DNA from: Lepidodermella squamata
Taxonomy: Eukaryota; Animalia; Gastrotricha
DNA length: 64,000 nt
NCBI GenBank assembly: GCA_047495785.1
Contig: JBLDXI010000004.1
Location: 682,001-746,000 of the forward strand
Direction of reading: 5' to 3'
The notes under the pieces were generated by a model. It had not been told where the DNA came from and did no database searches. It was given only the letters and a program-made list of their open reading frames with translations. The position numbers and the translations under genes were made by a program. Numbering within the stretch: the first letter of the stretch is position 1; each line of letters starts with the position of its first letter. Positions 1 to 11,681 of the stretch are shown here, one piece after another.

Positions 1-133
1 TAGCCAGGATGGCCTATCAAAAATCAAAAATGAAAATAAGTCAAGAATAGTATTTCTATTACTATCATTGTCGGCTTGGCGGATTTTTATGGTTGCTGTC
101 ACTTTTTTGAGGTCATTGGTCGATGATGAGAGA

Positions 134-295
134 CGTAGCAAGCGAATTCGGCCCTATCTCTGTCTTTACAGTCATTTGAAAAACAACAGCTGACGCAAGG
201 TCATTATTGCAAAACACCCGATTTTCAAATGAATATGAAGCGGGGTTGTCCCTGGATCGGGTTTGGTCCGGGTCGGTTCGGGTACAATCGGGTCC
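134..295. repeat. 162-bp duplication flanking the PLE (left copy; partner 5158-5319)
   Basis: cgtagcaagcgaattc...aatcgggtcc on both sides, one mismatch seen. Confidence 0.85.
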
Positions 296-581
296 TCAGA
301 GGCACACAACCTAGCGGGTTGCCGCCAAGCTGTGGAACAGTTCGCATTGCTTACTGCTAAGATCTCATCCATGTGTGAGGCCAAGACGAGGCCGACAGCC
401 ACTTGGGCAGGAAATAACAATAATAGCAGTTGCCGGCAGAGAGTGTTTGAATGTCCTTAATGTCGCGGCTACGCTGAAGGCAGCCTGACGACGGCACTGG
501 CATTAGGCAACCAACAAGATACCTATAGCACTTCCAGGATTTCCCTGGCAGTGAGGCCTTGGATCTTTAGCTGGTCAAGCG
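288..581. repeat. PLE pseudo-LTR (3' copy)
   Basis: Matches 4866-5159 with about two mismatches seen. Confidence 0.9.
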
Positions 582-989
582 GTACCACCACGTCAAGGTT
601 CCAGTGCAAAGGTCCGTTTTTTTTTTTGTTAAGGACACTGGGTCGGCGGAGCGGGCCACATTGTGGTACCCTCAAGTGAGCCATTAGCTCACAAGTCCAA
701 TCAAACACACAAACCAACTGCAAACTTAATGCAGTCAAGAAAAGCCGTACGGATATGGCGTACCAAGAGTTGGCACGCACGTGCAGTGCGCGCAACTGGC
801 GCACACCGCCACGCTCTAACATAGGGCATTAGCCCAAGTGAGAGTTGAAGCCAGGATGCGTACCTGGCGGCTGCTACCAGCCAAGCGGGCATTGCCTGCT
901 TATGGGGTCCTGCCCTCAGGACCGGAGGCTCACCTAGGGCGCGGACTCCATCCGTAACGTCCTTTTAGCAGATGTCAGGGCGCTAAAGT

Positions 990-1709
990 TTAAGGGATCC
1001 CACGCCTCGTTGAGGACGCCTGACGCCGTGCGTAAAGGGCCTCATAGCTCGCAGTCTGTTCACAAAAGCAGTGTGGCCACCGTACATTGTCAGGGTGGTG
1101 GGTGGTGTCCTTCTTCCACCACTCCGCACAGATGCGCTTCCAGAAGTTCCGGAAGATGCAGCACGCCCGTGGGTGAGCGTTAATAAAATGTAGGTACATG
1201 CCGTGGATATTACGACAGCGGTAGTCGCATCTGCGAAAACCGCAGCGGAGTTCCTCAGAGATCGCCTGATAGAACGGTGTCGCCTTCTTCTGCTCCCAAA
1301 TTTTCAACCAGAAGTGATAGCGTGACATCGCCCGGTCACCCCCCGTCACAGGGGACATAGGTCTGGGGCGTGACGCGAGCTGGCTAGACTGAACGGAAGG
1401 CGGGAGTTCCACTACTTCCGGGGGCGTGGGACATTGGGGTTTACGCCCAGCAATGGGGAACATGAGACTTTGCCCAGCTGTGAAAAGAGACAATTTGCAC
1501 ATCAGCGTATGTTTATTGACAGACAGTACAACAATACTGAGTACACAGTTAGTATACATGAAAAGGTCTGTTAGCGCTCGGGCAGTGCCCATAGTGGCGC
1601 TCGCTTCAACGCGTACGCTGGTTCTTCTTCTGGGGGTCGCCAACGGCGCCACCTGCAAGACAAAAAGATCATTTAAGAATGAATCTTGAACGTCGATAGC
1701 GTCTGCCAA
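990..1709 (-). CDS. PLE second ORF, Cys/His-rich C2H2-like protein, probably spliced
   Basis: CGFRRC-x12-H-x4-H plus further Cys/His; minus-strand acceptor-like sites ctttttgtcttgcag (~1653) and tctcttttcacag (~1479). Confidence 0.55.
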   Translation of the reverse strand: MADAIDVQDSFLNDLFVLQVAPLATPRRRTSVRVEASATMGTARALTDLFMYTNCVLSIVVLSVNKHTLMCKLSLFTAGQSLMFPIAGRKPQCPTPPEVVELPPSVQSSQLASRPRPMSPVTGGDRAMSRYHFWLKIWEQKKATPFYQAISEELRCGFRRCDYRCRNIHGMYLHFINAHPRACCIFRNFWKRICAEWWKKDTTHHPDNVRWPHCFCEQTASYEALYARRQASSTRRGIP

Positions 1710-4700
1710 TCGACTGGTCCAACATGAGAGCCACTGGTACCCTCGCCCTGATCACCCGTAGGATTGGTAGCAGGGCTCGGTGGTATGTGAGCTTGTTGGT
1801 GGTGCGATGCACATTGTTAGGTCGCTTGGGTAACTTATAGGGCCAGTTTAGACCCTGCCTGTCCCGAGCTGTACTCTGGAGAGCAGTCACGAAGGAATGC
1901 CAAGAGTAGCCCCGTGCATGCAGCCTGATGGCGAGCTGCATGCATGCATGCATGAATGCCTGATGTGTCTGGCAGATGCGGAGAAAGCGCAGAATCTGTC
2001 CGCGCATTATGCCACGGAATACCTGAGGAGGGTGGTTAGAGCTGCCGTGGAGCAACGCTAAGTTGTCCGTTGGCTTAACGTATAGCCCAGTAGTGAGCTT
2101 ATCACCATGCCTATGGATGGAGATATCCAGGAAGTGTTGCTTGTCCACTGCGATTTCCGCAGAGACCTTAATGTTCGGGTGACTAGCCTCGTAAGACGCT
2201 ACGTAGTGCATGAGACCTTCCCTCATGAATGAGATAGACAGTATGTCATCCAGGAAGCGCGTAGTGTACATCGACCCACAGCCAAGGGATAGCCACCTCT
2301 CCTTGTAGTATAACCAACAAATGGCCACAGGTGGGGAGATGTTACCGCCCATCGCAAGGCCTCTCACCTGCTGGTAATATCTGCCATTAAAAGAAACCGT
2401 GTTGTGCCGTAGCACTAGCTCAGTGAGCTGACATGTCGGGTCCACGGCCTCCACGGGGACCCGGTGGAACTCAGTGAGGTACCAGCGGACGGACTGGACC
2501 GCCTCATCTATAGGCACCTGGTTATACATGTCATTGATGTCCGCTGACATGATGAATACAGGCCTCTCCGCGTTGCGAAGAAGCAGAGCGCGCACACGCT
2601 GGATAACCTGGAGGGTATCCTTCGCCGTAGTCTCCAGGTTATCCCATATCGGTTTCCTGTTCACGATGAGCGCCTTAAGCTGGGATTCCCCTGGACGGAA
2701 GTTGGTGCCCCCGATCAGCAAGCTTAAAGACCGGTCGAGCGCTGATGTATACGTGTTGTATGCATCAGTGATGGGCCTGACCTTTGGAAAACCCTTATCG
2801 TCCAGGGGTTTGTGGGTCTTGTAGTTGAAGTACATACACTTTTCCCGCGCCGGCAAGCCAATGTGGACCAGCAAAGGGTGATTGGTCTGGTACCACCTGC
2901 TCGCAAGCAGGAGACGGGAGTGGAGGGCATCTAAGGACGCCTGGAATTCCACAGCCCCGTCGTCGCCGCGCTGATGCCACATTGTAGCGTCACCGAGGAA
3001 ATTTTCCCCGACGGCGGCATAACGTTTCGCATCTTCCAAGATGAGAATATTACTCTTGTCGCTCTTGGTGAGGACAGTACCCTCAGGTAGTCCAAGTGGG
3101 GGGTCGCTACCCAAACGGCGTAGCAAACGTACCGCATCCCGCTTCACGCGCCTGGAGACATTCACACCATGCGACTTCGCAAAGTCAAGCGTGACGCGGA
3201 GATGGGACATGGCCTGGTTCCTAGCCAACGGTACATGTTTGAGGCCTTTGCCTAGCAATCTGAGCAGGCCAGGCGGGGCCCGCTCTGTGAGATCAATCAT
3301 GCCAAACATTCGGAGATTACGAATGTTGCGGGGTGAGAGTGGGAAAGAGACTGCGTCAGAGGACTCCCTGGCGCAGTAAGTACCCGGCACCAGTTCACGT
3401 GGGTAAAATGGTTCCCATACGTTGGTGTGGGAGAACTCAAGCTCCCAGACGTGGCCAGCGTGCTCCCGTAACATGTGAGGGAGGAAGGCTACGTAGTACA
3501 TGGTGAGCCTGCAGGGTAAGCAATGAACAGTCTGTCCATCGCATGAGGCGAGGAGGGCATTGCCCTCCATCCAGGCACCCATATAGGGTGCCATGGGCCA
3601 ATAGTTATAATGGCCTGAACGGAAAAGAAGAGACCTAAGGGCTACCAGAACGCTAATAGAGTGAGTCACACGATGTGTGGACAGTAGGTCAGTCCAGGTG
3701 TAATAGGACATACCGTTCGAGGCTGCCGACGGCGGCGGGACAGACGTCGCTTTCGGGGCCGCAGCAGGTCCGGTTGCGGGCGGCTGGGCGGTGGCAGGCT
3801 TCGGCCGCTGGTTGACGGCCTGGTCCGGCGAGGTGCGCTGATCGGCCATCGGGCGCGGCGCAGGGTGCTGCTCGACTGTAGGGTCCGTCACCGGGTGGTG
3901 CTCAACCGCAACGCTGGGCGCGGCCGGACCCTCGGCCGCAAGGAGCGGCACGGGGTTGTTCACGTCCATCATGTCCACCTCCACGTCGCGGAGGGCCATG
4001 GGTGAGGGCAGCGTTGTGTCACTCCCTACTAGTGCCATCTCACTCGCGTCCACAGCGAGCGCTCGTGCGTATAGCGCCGAGTCGAGATGCACACACAGCA
4101 GCTGAAACACGTCACATTCGTCTTGCAACGTGGCCGCCTTGAGTTTCTCAAGCGGCAAACGAAGGTCCAACTCTGCTAATTCGCCTGCTGTGAGTGGTGC
4201 GCTCGCCTGGTGGCACATAGGCCAACCCGTCGTCGCAGCGAAGCGGATCGCTTTCATCGGCCACGCCTGTGGGTCTTTCTTGTGGAGAAATGAGTAGCCG
4301 TCGAGAACAACGAGGTCGACGACCTTGCGGTCGAGACCAGAGAGGAGGTGGCGAACTCGGTCAAGAGCCGTGTAAGCATTCAAGACCTGCAGCTGGTCCT
4401 CAGTACTGAGTAACTCATCAAACGTCGAGCGGGCGACGGTCGCCAAATGAGAACGGAGCCTCGCCGGGGCTGTCGCCGGCACCTGGAAGGTCTTCACGAG
4501 TTCCAGGAGGCGTCCCTCTTCTTGCGGAGAAAGACGGCCAAGAGCCCGAAGCAGCATGCGTTGGCCGCAGTGATGTACGGCGGACCAGAAGAAGCCGAGC
4601 CGCTTCTGGGCCTCGCTGTGGTCCGGAGCTGGGGGAGCCACCACCGCGGTGTTGGCGGCGGGGGACCGATAAAGAGCAAGGACTTCTTGGAACAGCTGGC

Positions 4701-4791
4701 GCGTATCCACGCCGGCAGCAGCAGTCCGCGGCGCCTTAGCAGGGCGCGGCTGCCGATTGGCAAATTGTTTCTTAACGTTTTTAGCTGACAT
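1669..4791 (-). CDS. PLE reverse transcriptase ORF (1040 aa) with long N-terminal extension and C2H2-like motif; no GIY-YIG seen
   Basis: Motifs IDLT..LLGKGLKHVP, TKSDKS (DKG-like), YFNYKTHK..VRPI, SADINDMYNQVP, YQQVRGLAMGGNISP, RFLDD, FLDISI, YVKPTD..LHGSSNHP..GQILRFLRIC; CLPC-x11-H-x4-H upstream. Confidence 0.9.
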   Translation of the reverse strand: MSAKNVKKQFANRQPRPAKAPRTAAAGVDTRQLFQEVLALYRSPAANTAVVAPPAPDHSEAQKRLGFFWSAVHHCGQRMLLRALGRLSPQEEGRLLELVKTFQVPATAPARLRSHLATVARSTFDELLSTEDQLQVLNAYTALDRVRHLLSGLDRKVVDLVVLDGYSFLHKKDPQAWPMKAIRFAATTGWPMCHQASAPLTAGELAELDLRLPLEKLKAATLQDECDVFQLLCVHLDSALYARALAVDASEMALVGSDTTLPSPMALRDVEVDMMDVNNPVPLLAAEGPAAPSVAVEHHPVTDPTVEQHPAPRPMADQRTSPDQAVNQRPKPATAQPPATGPAAAPKATSVPPPSAASNGMSYYTWTDLLSTHRVTHSISVLVALRSLLFRSGHYNYWPMAPYMGAWMEGNALLASCDGQTVHCLPCRLTMYYVAFLPHMLREHAGHVWELEFSHTNVWEPFYPRELVPGTYCARESSDAVSFPLSPRNIRNLRMFGMIDLTERAPPGLLRLLGKGLKHVPLARNQAMSHLRVTLDFAKSHGVNVSRRVKRDAVRLLRRLGSDPPLGLPEGTVLTKSDKSNILILEDAKRYAAVGENFLGDATMWHQRGDDGAVEFQASLDALHSRLLLASRWYQTNHPLLVHIGLPAREKCMYFNYKTHKPLDDKGFPKVRPITDAYNTYTSALDRSLSLLIGGTNFRPGESQLKALIVNRKPIWDNLETTAKDTLQVIQRVRALLLRNAERPVFIMSADINDMYNQVPIDEAVQSVRWYLTEFHRVPVEAVDPTCQLTELVLRHNTVSFNGRYYQQVRGLAMGGNISPPVAICWLYYKERWLSLGCGSMYTTRFLDDILSISFMREGLMHYVASYEASHPNIKVSAEIAVDKQHFLDISIHRHGDKLTTGLYVKPTDNLALLHGSSNHPPQVFRGIMRGQILRFLRICQTHQAFMHACMQLAIRLHARGYSWHSFVTALQSTARDRQGLNWPYKLPKRPNNVHRTTNKLTYHRALLPILRVIRARVPVALMLDQSIGRRYRRSRFILK

Positions 4792-4865
4792 CTAATCAGA
4801 CAATAAAACATTTAGGATGTTACATAGGAGATTATCACACATGTCAACGGAGATCGTATATATGG

Positions 4866-5159
4866 TCGGGTCTTCAGAGGCACACAACCTAGCGGGTTGC
4901 CGCCAAGCTGTGGAACAGTTCGCATTGCTTACTGCTAAGATCTCATCCATGTGTGAGGCCAAGACGAGGCCGACAGCCACTTGGGCAGGAAATAACAATA
5001 ATAGCAGTTGTCGGCAGAGAGTGTTTGAATGTCCTTAATGTCGCGGCTACGCTGAAGGCAGCCTGACGACGGCACTGGCATTAGGCAACCAACAAGATAC
5101 CTATAGCACTTCCAGGATTTCCCTGGCAGTGAGGCCTTGGATCTTTAGCTGGTCAAGCG
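4866..5159. repeat. PLE pseudo-LTR (5' copy)
   Basis: Matches 288-581. Confidence 0.9.
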
Positions 5160-5319
5160 TAGCAAGCGAATTCGGCCCTATCTCTGTCTTTACAGTCATT
5201 TGAAAAACAACAGCTGACGCAAGGTCATTATTGCAAAACACCCGATTTTCAAATGAATATGAAGCGGGGTTGTCCTTGGATCGGGTTTGGTCCGGGTCGG
5301 TTCGGGTACAATCGGGTCC
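5158..5319. repeat. 162-bp duplication flanking the PLE (right copy)
   Basis: Direct copy of 134-295. Confidence 0.85.
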
Positions 5320-6023
5320 GACATCTTAGACCTGAAGACAACAGACAGAGATGGGGCCGATATCACTTACTATGTCTCTAAACATCGACCAATAAATGCC
5401 AAATTGAGTGAACAAAGCCGCAGTCCAGTACCTCAAGCTGCAAGTTTTCCTCATTTTTGTTACACGATCATGAAAATTCACAGCCAGGTCACAGGAAAGC
5501 CGAGAAAAAATTGGAAACAATTTACCAGAAAAAGTCATATGACAGCCTCAGGCCAGCTGTTTTTAGCTTTCGGTGCGCCATAGGCTCTCAAAAAATGCAG
5601 CGGGCTATTCAAATGGGCACGGACTCAAAGAAATAGGGCTATCGCGCGAATCATTGATTTAGGGCCCCATTTTAACGCACCTGACTACAGTTTCACTTTT
5701 GTGGTTACAATTCGCAGGTTTTGTTTACATAGTGCGCGCACAGGTGACACTTTACATTTTGGCTACGATTTACAGGATTAAGACTACGAAATTTATTTTA
5801 GCGTTTTAATATTACTTTTAATTTCCTGGCTGGTTGCCTCAGCCATAACAACTACATATACATGCTAAATACCAACGTAAATAACAAAACAGTTAACTTG
5901 CCTGTGACAAAAGGCAATTGCCGTAATTGCTCGCAAAGTCAGCCTTCGATCTAAATGTCGATAGCTGCGAAAAAAATGCGAATATAAGTCTGACGACTCC
6001 TTCGAGTACTGGAAAGGAATAAA

Positions 6024-6137
6024 TTACGACTGCCATGGGCAGGTATTATGGCATACAGGACTAGATGCAGTCGAACAAAGTCCAGCACGTACGCCTGTGG
6101 TGCAGTGATATTTGTCGATGTATGTTCTGCCTGTTGC
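6024..6137 (-). other. Possible terminal exon of a small Cys-rich protein
   Basis: ttttcag acceptor then ATGRTYIDKYHCTTGVRAGLCSTASSPVCHNTCPWQS*. Confidence 0.25.
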
Positions 6138-7000
6138 CTGAAAATGAACCTCAGAAATACCTCCATTCTTCATTGGAAACAGCAGCAGCGTAGCTGCTAC
6201 AGTAGCGCCGGGGGAACCCATTGTACATCTTTCCGTATATTTTGTACATTTACATAATGGATAAAAAAGGTGTTATGTGTCTTTTATGAGTAGTAGGTTA
6301 GGTATACTGAAAACCAGTCATCGATAGGTGGAAGGGGTCATGTTTTACATGTTACTTCGTTATCAGTTAGCTCCACGTCGTATGACGAGATGCTGGAAGA
6401 TAATGTGTTTTTCCTGAGCAGTTTAACAGTTTAAAATTTAAACGCCAAACGGAGCAGTTTTAACACTTTAACGCATAGGTTACCTCATAGGTTACGCATA
6501 GGTTAGTCAGGGTTTTTTTTAAGCAAACGATTGGTTGTTACAAACGATTGTTTGGTAGTTACCTCGCTCGAAAGCGAAATTTTGTGTGCCGCATTGGTGA
6601 AAATTAAATGTAATTTTTACCAATGATACGAGCGAAGCGAGAAAATTGTGAGGATTTTCCACTAGAAAAGGCTGCGAAACCTCCTAAAAATGAGGTTACA
6701 ACAGTTTTTTCCAGGCGTTACTTCGATTTTGGTTGTTACATTTGGTCCGATTGGTTGTTACATTGTAACATGTGTAACATGCTTAGCAAATTCGAGAATA
6801 CTAACTGTTAGTATTCTCGAATTTTCAGAATATAGCCATAATATTATACTCACAAATTTGCAGAAAATCGCCGTATACCGTATATGTGAGTATGAGGGTG
6901 TGCTACTTTTATTTTATTTTACACCATATACTCACAGGTGAGTAAGCGTTTTGCAGCGTATCGCCGTATACTCAAATATAGCATTCGCTCAAAAAACATG

Positions 7001-7053
7001 CGAGATGCGGGCATGCCGACTCGGCTCCGCCTCGTCAGCATGCCCGCATCTCG
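7001..7053. repeat. GC-rich hairpin (20-bp arms, 19/20 match)
   Basis: cgagatgcgggcatgccgac ... gtcagcatgcccgcatctcg. Confidence 0.75.
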
Positions 7054-7133
7054 TGCTACAAATCTCAGAAAATATAAAAGTCTGGGGGTCGAAGTTTTGG
7101 TAGGTACATCGAAAATACTCCGGCGCTGCAGGA

Positions 7134-7460
7134 ATTTATTTATTTTATTTATGTATTTATTTATATTTGACTTGCAATTATCGCACTTGCGATTGTAGCA
7201 AACAGTAAAACAGAAAAAGAAAGATAATTTTTCACGTATTACGGCGCCTCACTGACGACACAAGATGTTTATCAATATCAATATTCATAAGAAATTTTTT
7301 AAATTAATTGAGGCTACAATTAACATTTTCGATGTTGAAAGTATTCCAAACATTAACAATTCGTCTGTCAAGAGAATATTTTCTGCGGTTCAAATGGCAT
7401 TCAGATTGACCAATGCGATGAAGAGGAGCATATTTGTTGCTAGAAGGCGTAAATAAATCT
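7134..7460 (-). mobile_element. 5'-truncated CR1/L2-type LINE 3' end
   Basis: Minus-strand RRKYSLDRRIVNVWNTFNIENVNCSLN*FKKFL resembles the CR1 ORF2 C-terminus (R.V..WN.L...S...FK..L); followed by an (AAAT)n tail. Confidence 0.7.
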
Positions 7461-10125
7461 GAAAACTGTCGAACAGTGTTTCGTGCGACAGTCGCGCCGA
7501 GTGTTCATAGACGCTAGTCAAAGGACAACGTGCGCGTGCGACAAGATTCGAGCGAGGCGCGAGCACTCAAACAATGGATTTCGTCGCATTGGACCTGGCA
7601 CCCGGTGTGTCTCGACGGTTTAGTGTCGTCCGACAGAAGCGGTAGATCAACGCCAAAGCCATCGTCCGGCTCAAGTGCGCAATCGGAGGGTAAAAGGGGT
7701 CTTGTTTGCGAAACGTCAGGTCAAAATTAGCAACAACCCGTTCCCCGCGCGTGCTAATATCAAATGGCTAATAAAGCCGTATGCGAGCGAAGCGAGCTTT
7801 AGCTAACGCTACCGAAATGTTGGCTGAAAATAGTCTAAACAGGGTTATGATCGTGAGATACGAGGCATCCAGGCGCATATTCCAGCCAATTTTTGAGAAA
7901 ATGCCACCGGTCACCGGCCGCGTGCGGCCGGAAAAACCGAGTTTATGGAGCACCGTTCGTGTTGCGACGTAAGGAACCCACAGCACACAGAATCCTAATA
8001 TATATGTAGTAATATTACCGATTGCATCTTTATTACCCAGCCTCCGCAAATGATCATCTGGTAAAGTGATATCTGATTACCATCTCACAGCAGACCTGGT
8101 ATTGTGGTTTTTGGGTGTTATTATCTATCTTTTGTTTTATGGCCGTTGAATTTCTTGCTTGAAAACCTTTAATTTTCGTTGTTTGAATTAAGAAAAATTC
8201 GCATTAATACCCTAAATTTTAAATACACTTATAGTGAAAAATTGCTCCGCGTCATTTATTTACTAAGTTATCATTTTAGCGTAAATAGCACAGGTTTTTG
8301 TATTACAAATATATTCTAAAAATTGCAATCAAAGCGCATCTCGTCATTGCTAGAGAAGGGGGCATGGTGAAAGCAATGAGGAGACTGTTAACTTCATGCG
8401 TGCGGGAACGGAACGCTATAGAAAGGTCTTCTTAACTCTTTCAAATTCTTCACAGAACAAACAATTTATCTTTTTCTTTATTCCATTTTCTCCCATTTTT
8501 GGCTTATTTTGAAATAATTTTATCAACTTTTCCAGATATCAACAGGGTAAACAGGTTAATCTATCTCTTGCACCTAGAAATAATTCCTCTTAAAAGCTCT
8601 AAAGAGAGCCGATTTTTGATGCGGAAATCAGTAATGTTAATACTTCAGTAATACGTTTCTGCCTTTGTGTATAGCCTAGTCAATCGCCCATCGAAACGAT
8701 GTGTAATCTATGGCGATCATCTGCGTTTCTTAATCGAGATTCGCTAGGATAATTCAATTGGCTTAGTTAAACGATATTCTATCATAAGACCGCCGCCATT
8801 CACAAATTCAGTCTATTTGAGATTTGAAACTTTCTAAATTTCGACACTGGGGTGGTGGAAATTGGTTCAAATTGTAGGGAAACCTCGATAGTGTATTTCC
8901 AACCTGAGAATTACCGCAACTGAGATACTCGCTGGAAATCGACTTAAACCAAAACGTTTTTGAAAATTCGGAAATTCGAAAAAATGCATGACTTATTTTT
9001 TTCCTATCACAAAATAAATCGCATTTCATGTTTTATCAAGAATGTCTCATGTTGATACGAGACTATGGGCACAGCTTTGACCAGTCTCCTGGGTAATTTC
9101 GCCGATGAGATACTGGGTTCCGTATCATCAGCATGGCCTTTCTTTCAAATAGCAGTTAACGAAGCAATCTTAAATGTTTCGAGAAATGTTGCAGAGAAAA
9201 AGGAACTTATTGTCGAAATTTATTAAGGAGTGACAACCACGCGGCGTCGAAGCACATGAAAACCGCACCAATTAACGTTACGCCATTTTTAGCTTGCGAA
9301 ACGAGCGACCCTTTGTCATGAGTGGAACCCTTTAAAAAACTGGCGGTGGACGACCCAACTTGGGGAGCCTCTCTCACGGATATCACGTATTAAGTGTTAG
9401 GGGCTTAGAAGCTCATGAGTAGAATCGCACAAAATTAACGAAAATAACAAAATTCATGTCATTCGAGAATGCGAAGCATGGCATGGATCCCTGCATGCCA
9501 AAGAAAGATTTCAAATTTTCCTAGCAATATGATCCGATTAGCGATGATTAGCAATGAGCCCGCCATATTCGACCAATGCTTACCCCTCGCTTGCCGTATC
9601 GACAAACCTCACTCAAAGATTCAAGTTTGGGTCTGACGAGGTCTGCGCGAACTTATTAAGCCTATACCAAGGCTCGTATTTTCAGATACTATTTCAGGCT
9701 CGTATTTTCAGAAACGACAGCCATGGTTCAGCGGTGTGCCACAGAAAAATAGTTATTGAAGAAAATAATCAACCGTATCTATAATTACGGCTATCTGGAA
9801 TGCTTACGGCACATCGGCGAGAACCGCAGAATAATTATCAGGCTTTCAGAGTAACCGGAGGCAAAATATACTTTTGATGAGGACAGGTTACAAGTGGATC
9901 TTTCACCTTTTGTTTAAAGGAATGGTGCGATTTTTTCTGCTTGGCAAAGCTAAATCAAAGCACAGTATTTCAGTGACAAGTCTGATTTGAGCTGGATGTT
10001 AGCATTAAACATTTAATCAGTCTCAAATAGATAGGGAAATGCTTTGATTTTTAGGAAATATCTTAACCAAATCAAGTGAGGCAGAATAAGCCGCCATCAC
10101 TGCTCCATAGTTGTTAGCGTCGTTG

Positions 10126-10418
10126 CAGAGTTGTCCACGGGCCTAATTTTTGGAACCCGGCCCGGCCCGTGGTCATAATAAACCGGATTCTCAGCAATGG
10201 CGAGCTGAATATTTCTGTTGAATTTGCACTGGCTTAAACGCTTAACTCATGGCTATACAAGTTTAATAGTTCTTAGTATTCAATATTGTCATTTGAGATT
10301 AATTACATGTGTGTTAGTGGTTCCTAGCTAAGGGTTTTGAGCCCTACTAGAGACAGGTCTCAAAGTCAGACCGGAACCCGACCCGTACCCGGCCCGGCCC
10401 GATCCTGGCTAAACCCTG
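10126..10418. mobile_element. hAT-type MITE, related to 28168-28498
   Basis: Starts cagagttgtccacggg; CCCGG/CCCGA subterminal repeats; degenerate right end aaaccctg. Confidence 0.6.
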
Positions 10419-11578
10419 CCCACTCCCATAACTGTGGCTTGTTATTTTAGTTACCGTTCTGCCCGAATCATTCCACGCATTTTTCAAATGATGGCTGCCA
10501 CCTGAAATTTAGTGGTTACCCAATGGATTACAATGGGTACTGATCACGTTATCTTTCGAACTCTCGATCTCAACATCTATCGACTCTAGTTAAGTATGTT
10601 CTCTGCATCCTATCAACTGCTACATCAAATTTTAAATTCTGAATTTTCGATAGGATTTTTTTACTTCAATTTTTACTCGGATTTGCCGATTTTGTTATAT
10701 CTGATTGGATATTGGAATTTGACATTTATTGGAGATATGAGATGGAAAGTGGCGAAATTCTGGCAAAAGGTCGCTCTTAACAGTTGCTGAGTGCTGGTTA
10801 CTTCGATCTATTCAACCTGTTACCTGTTATCGCCCTTCCTGCTGGAACTATAAGTGTGTGATGAATTATTATATTGGTTTCATTTCATTCGCTCATTTGC
10901 TCATTTGCTGCCTTAAGAATAAAGATAAAGATGTACGGCACCAGGTCACGGTCACTCGTTTTTGCTACCTGTAGAATCTTCGATCGAAGAATTCATGAAG
11001 AGCATGAGAAACATTTGAGTGAGAAATGAGAAAGGTTTATAGGCGAAGAAGCTGAGTTACTCCCTTCAAGAGTCCAAGAATCGCTGAGAACGCAAGATCG
11101 CTGCTAATGGCAATTTTATAGCCCCTGAACTGAAAATAGTAATATGGGATTCAACCGCTCCGCAGTTGTAAACAACCGCTATAAAGTGGTCTAATGATAT
11201 ATAGTAATATGTGCTAGCACTGGCGGTTCCTTACGTCGCAACACGAACGATATGCTGATGGTCGTACGTAAGTGTTAGACGTGCCATCCTGGTGTCCTTC
11301 GAATCAGGACCCTTGGAAACTTGTAAATATGCCAACGAAAATAGGGATTCATTTTTTCACCACCAACGCATAACCCGACAAATGGCCAATTGTGACTTGC
11401 CCCATCCAGTAAAACCGAATACAGCCATTGCGGTCATGTCGGAGCATGGAGTCAAGCATTGCACACACAGTGCACATGGGTGCATACAAACAAACAAAGA
11501 AACAAAGATTTCCACGACACGAACGGCGACAGTACGGGGGTTCCCCCGGCATTGTTCAGTGTTCGAGAAATTTCATAC

Positions 11579-11681
11579 CTGTATCTGATCGGTTGTATTG
11601 CATGGCGTTGATTGGCAGCCAAGAAAAGATCCATCTGCTGTGTCAAAGCATCGATAAAACGGCACAAAGTCTGCGTCCATT
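11579..11681 (-). pseudogene. Exon of the Cys-rich secreted family seen at 49.4-63 kb
   Basis: DFVPFYRCFDTADGSFLGCQSTPCNTTDQIQ followed by donor gtatga; same RCF..F.GC...C pattern as the cluster exons. Confidence 0.5.

Larger units (their letters stand above)
288..5159 (-). mobile_element. Penelope-like retroelement lacking a recognisable endonuclease, with direct pseudo-LTRs
   Basis: PLE-type RT ORF; near-identical direct repeats 288-581 and 4866-5159; flanked by duplicated segment 134-295 / 5158-5319; visibly GC-richer than flanks. Confidence 0.88.

Noticed and set aside
172-460. Short ORFs in the pseudo-LTRs (also 4792-5038)
   Set aside because: They recur only because the DNA is duplicated; no motifs
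288-990. Hammerhead ribozyme expected in the PLE pseudo-LTR
   Set aside because: CUGANGA-like words occur (e.g. ctgaaga on minus at ~4871-4877) but I found no stem II followed by GAAA; a covariance-model search is needed
134-5319. DIRS/Ngaro split direct repeats
   Set aside because: RT is PLE-type, no tyrosine recombinase or RNase H, and repeat order A-B..B-A does not fit Ngaro
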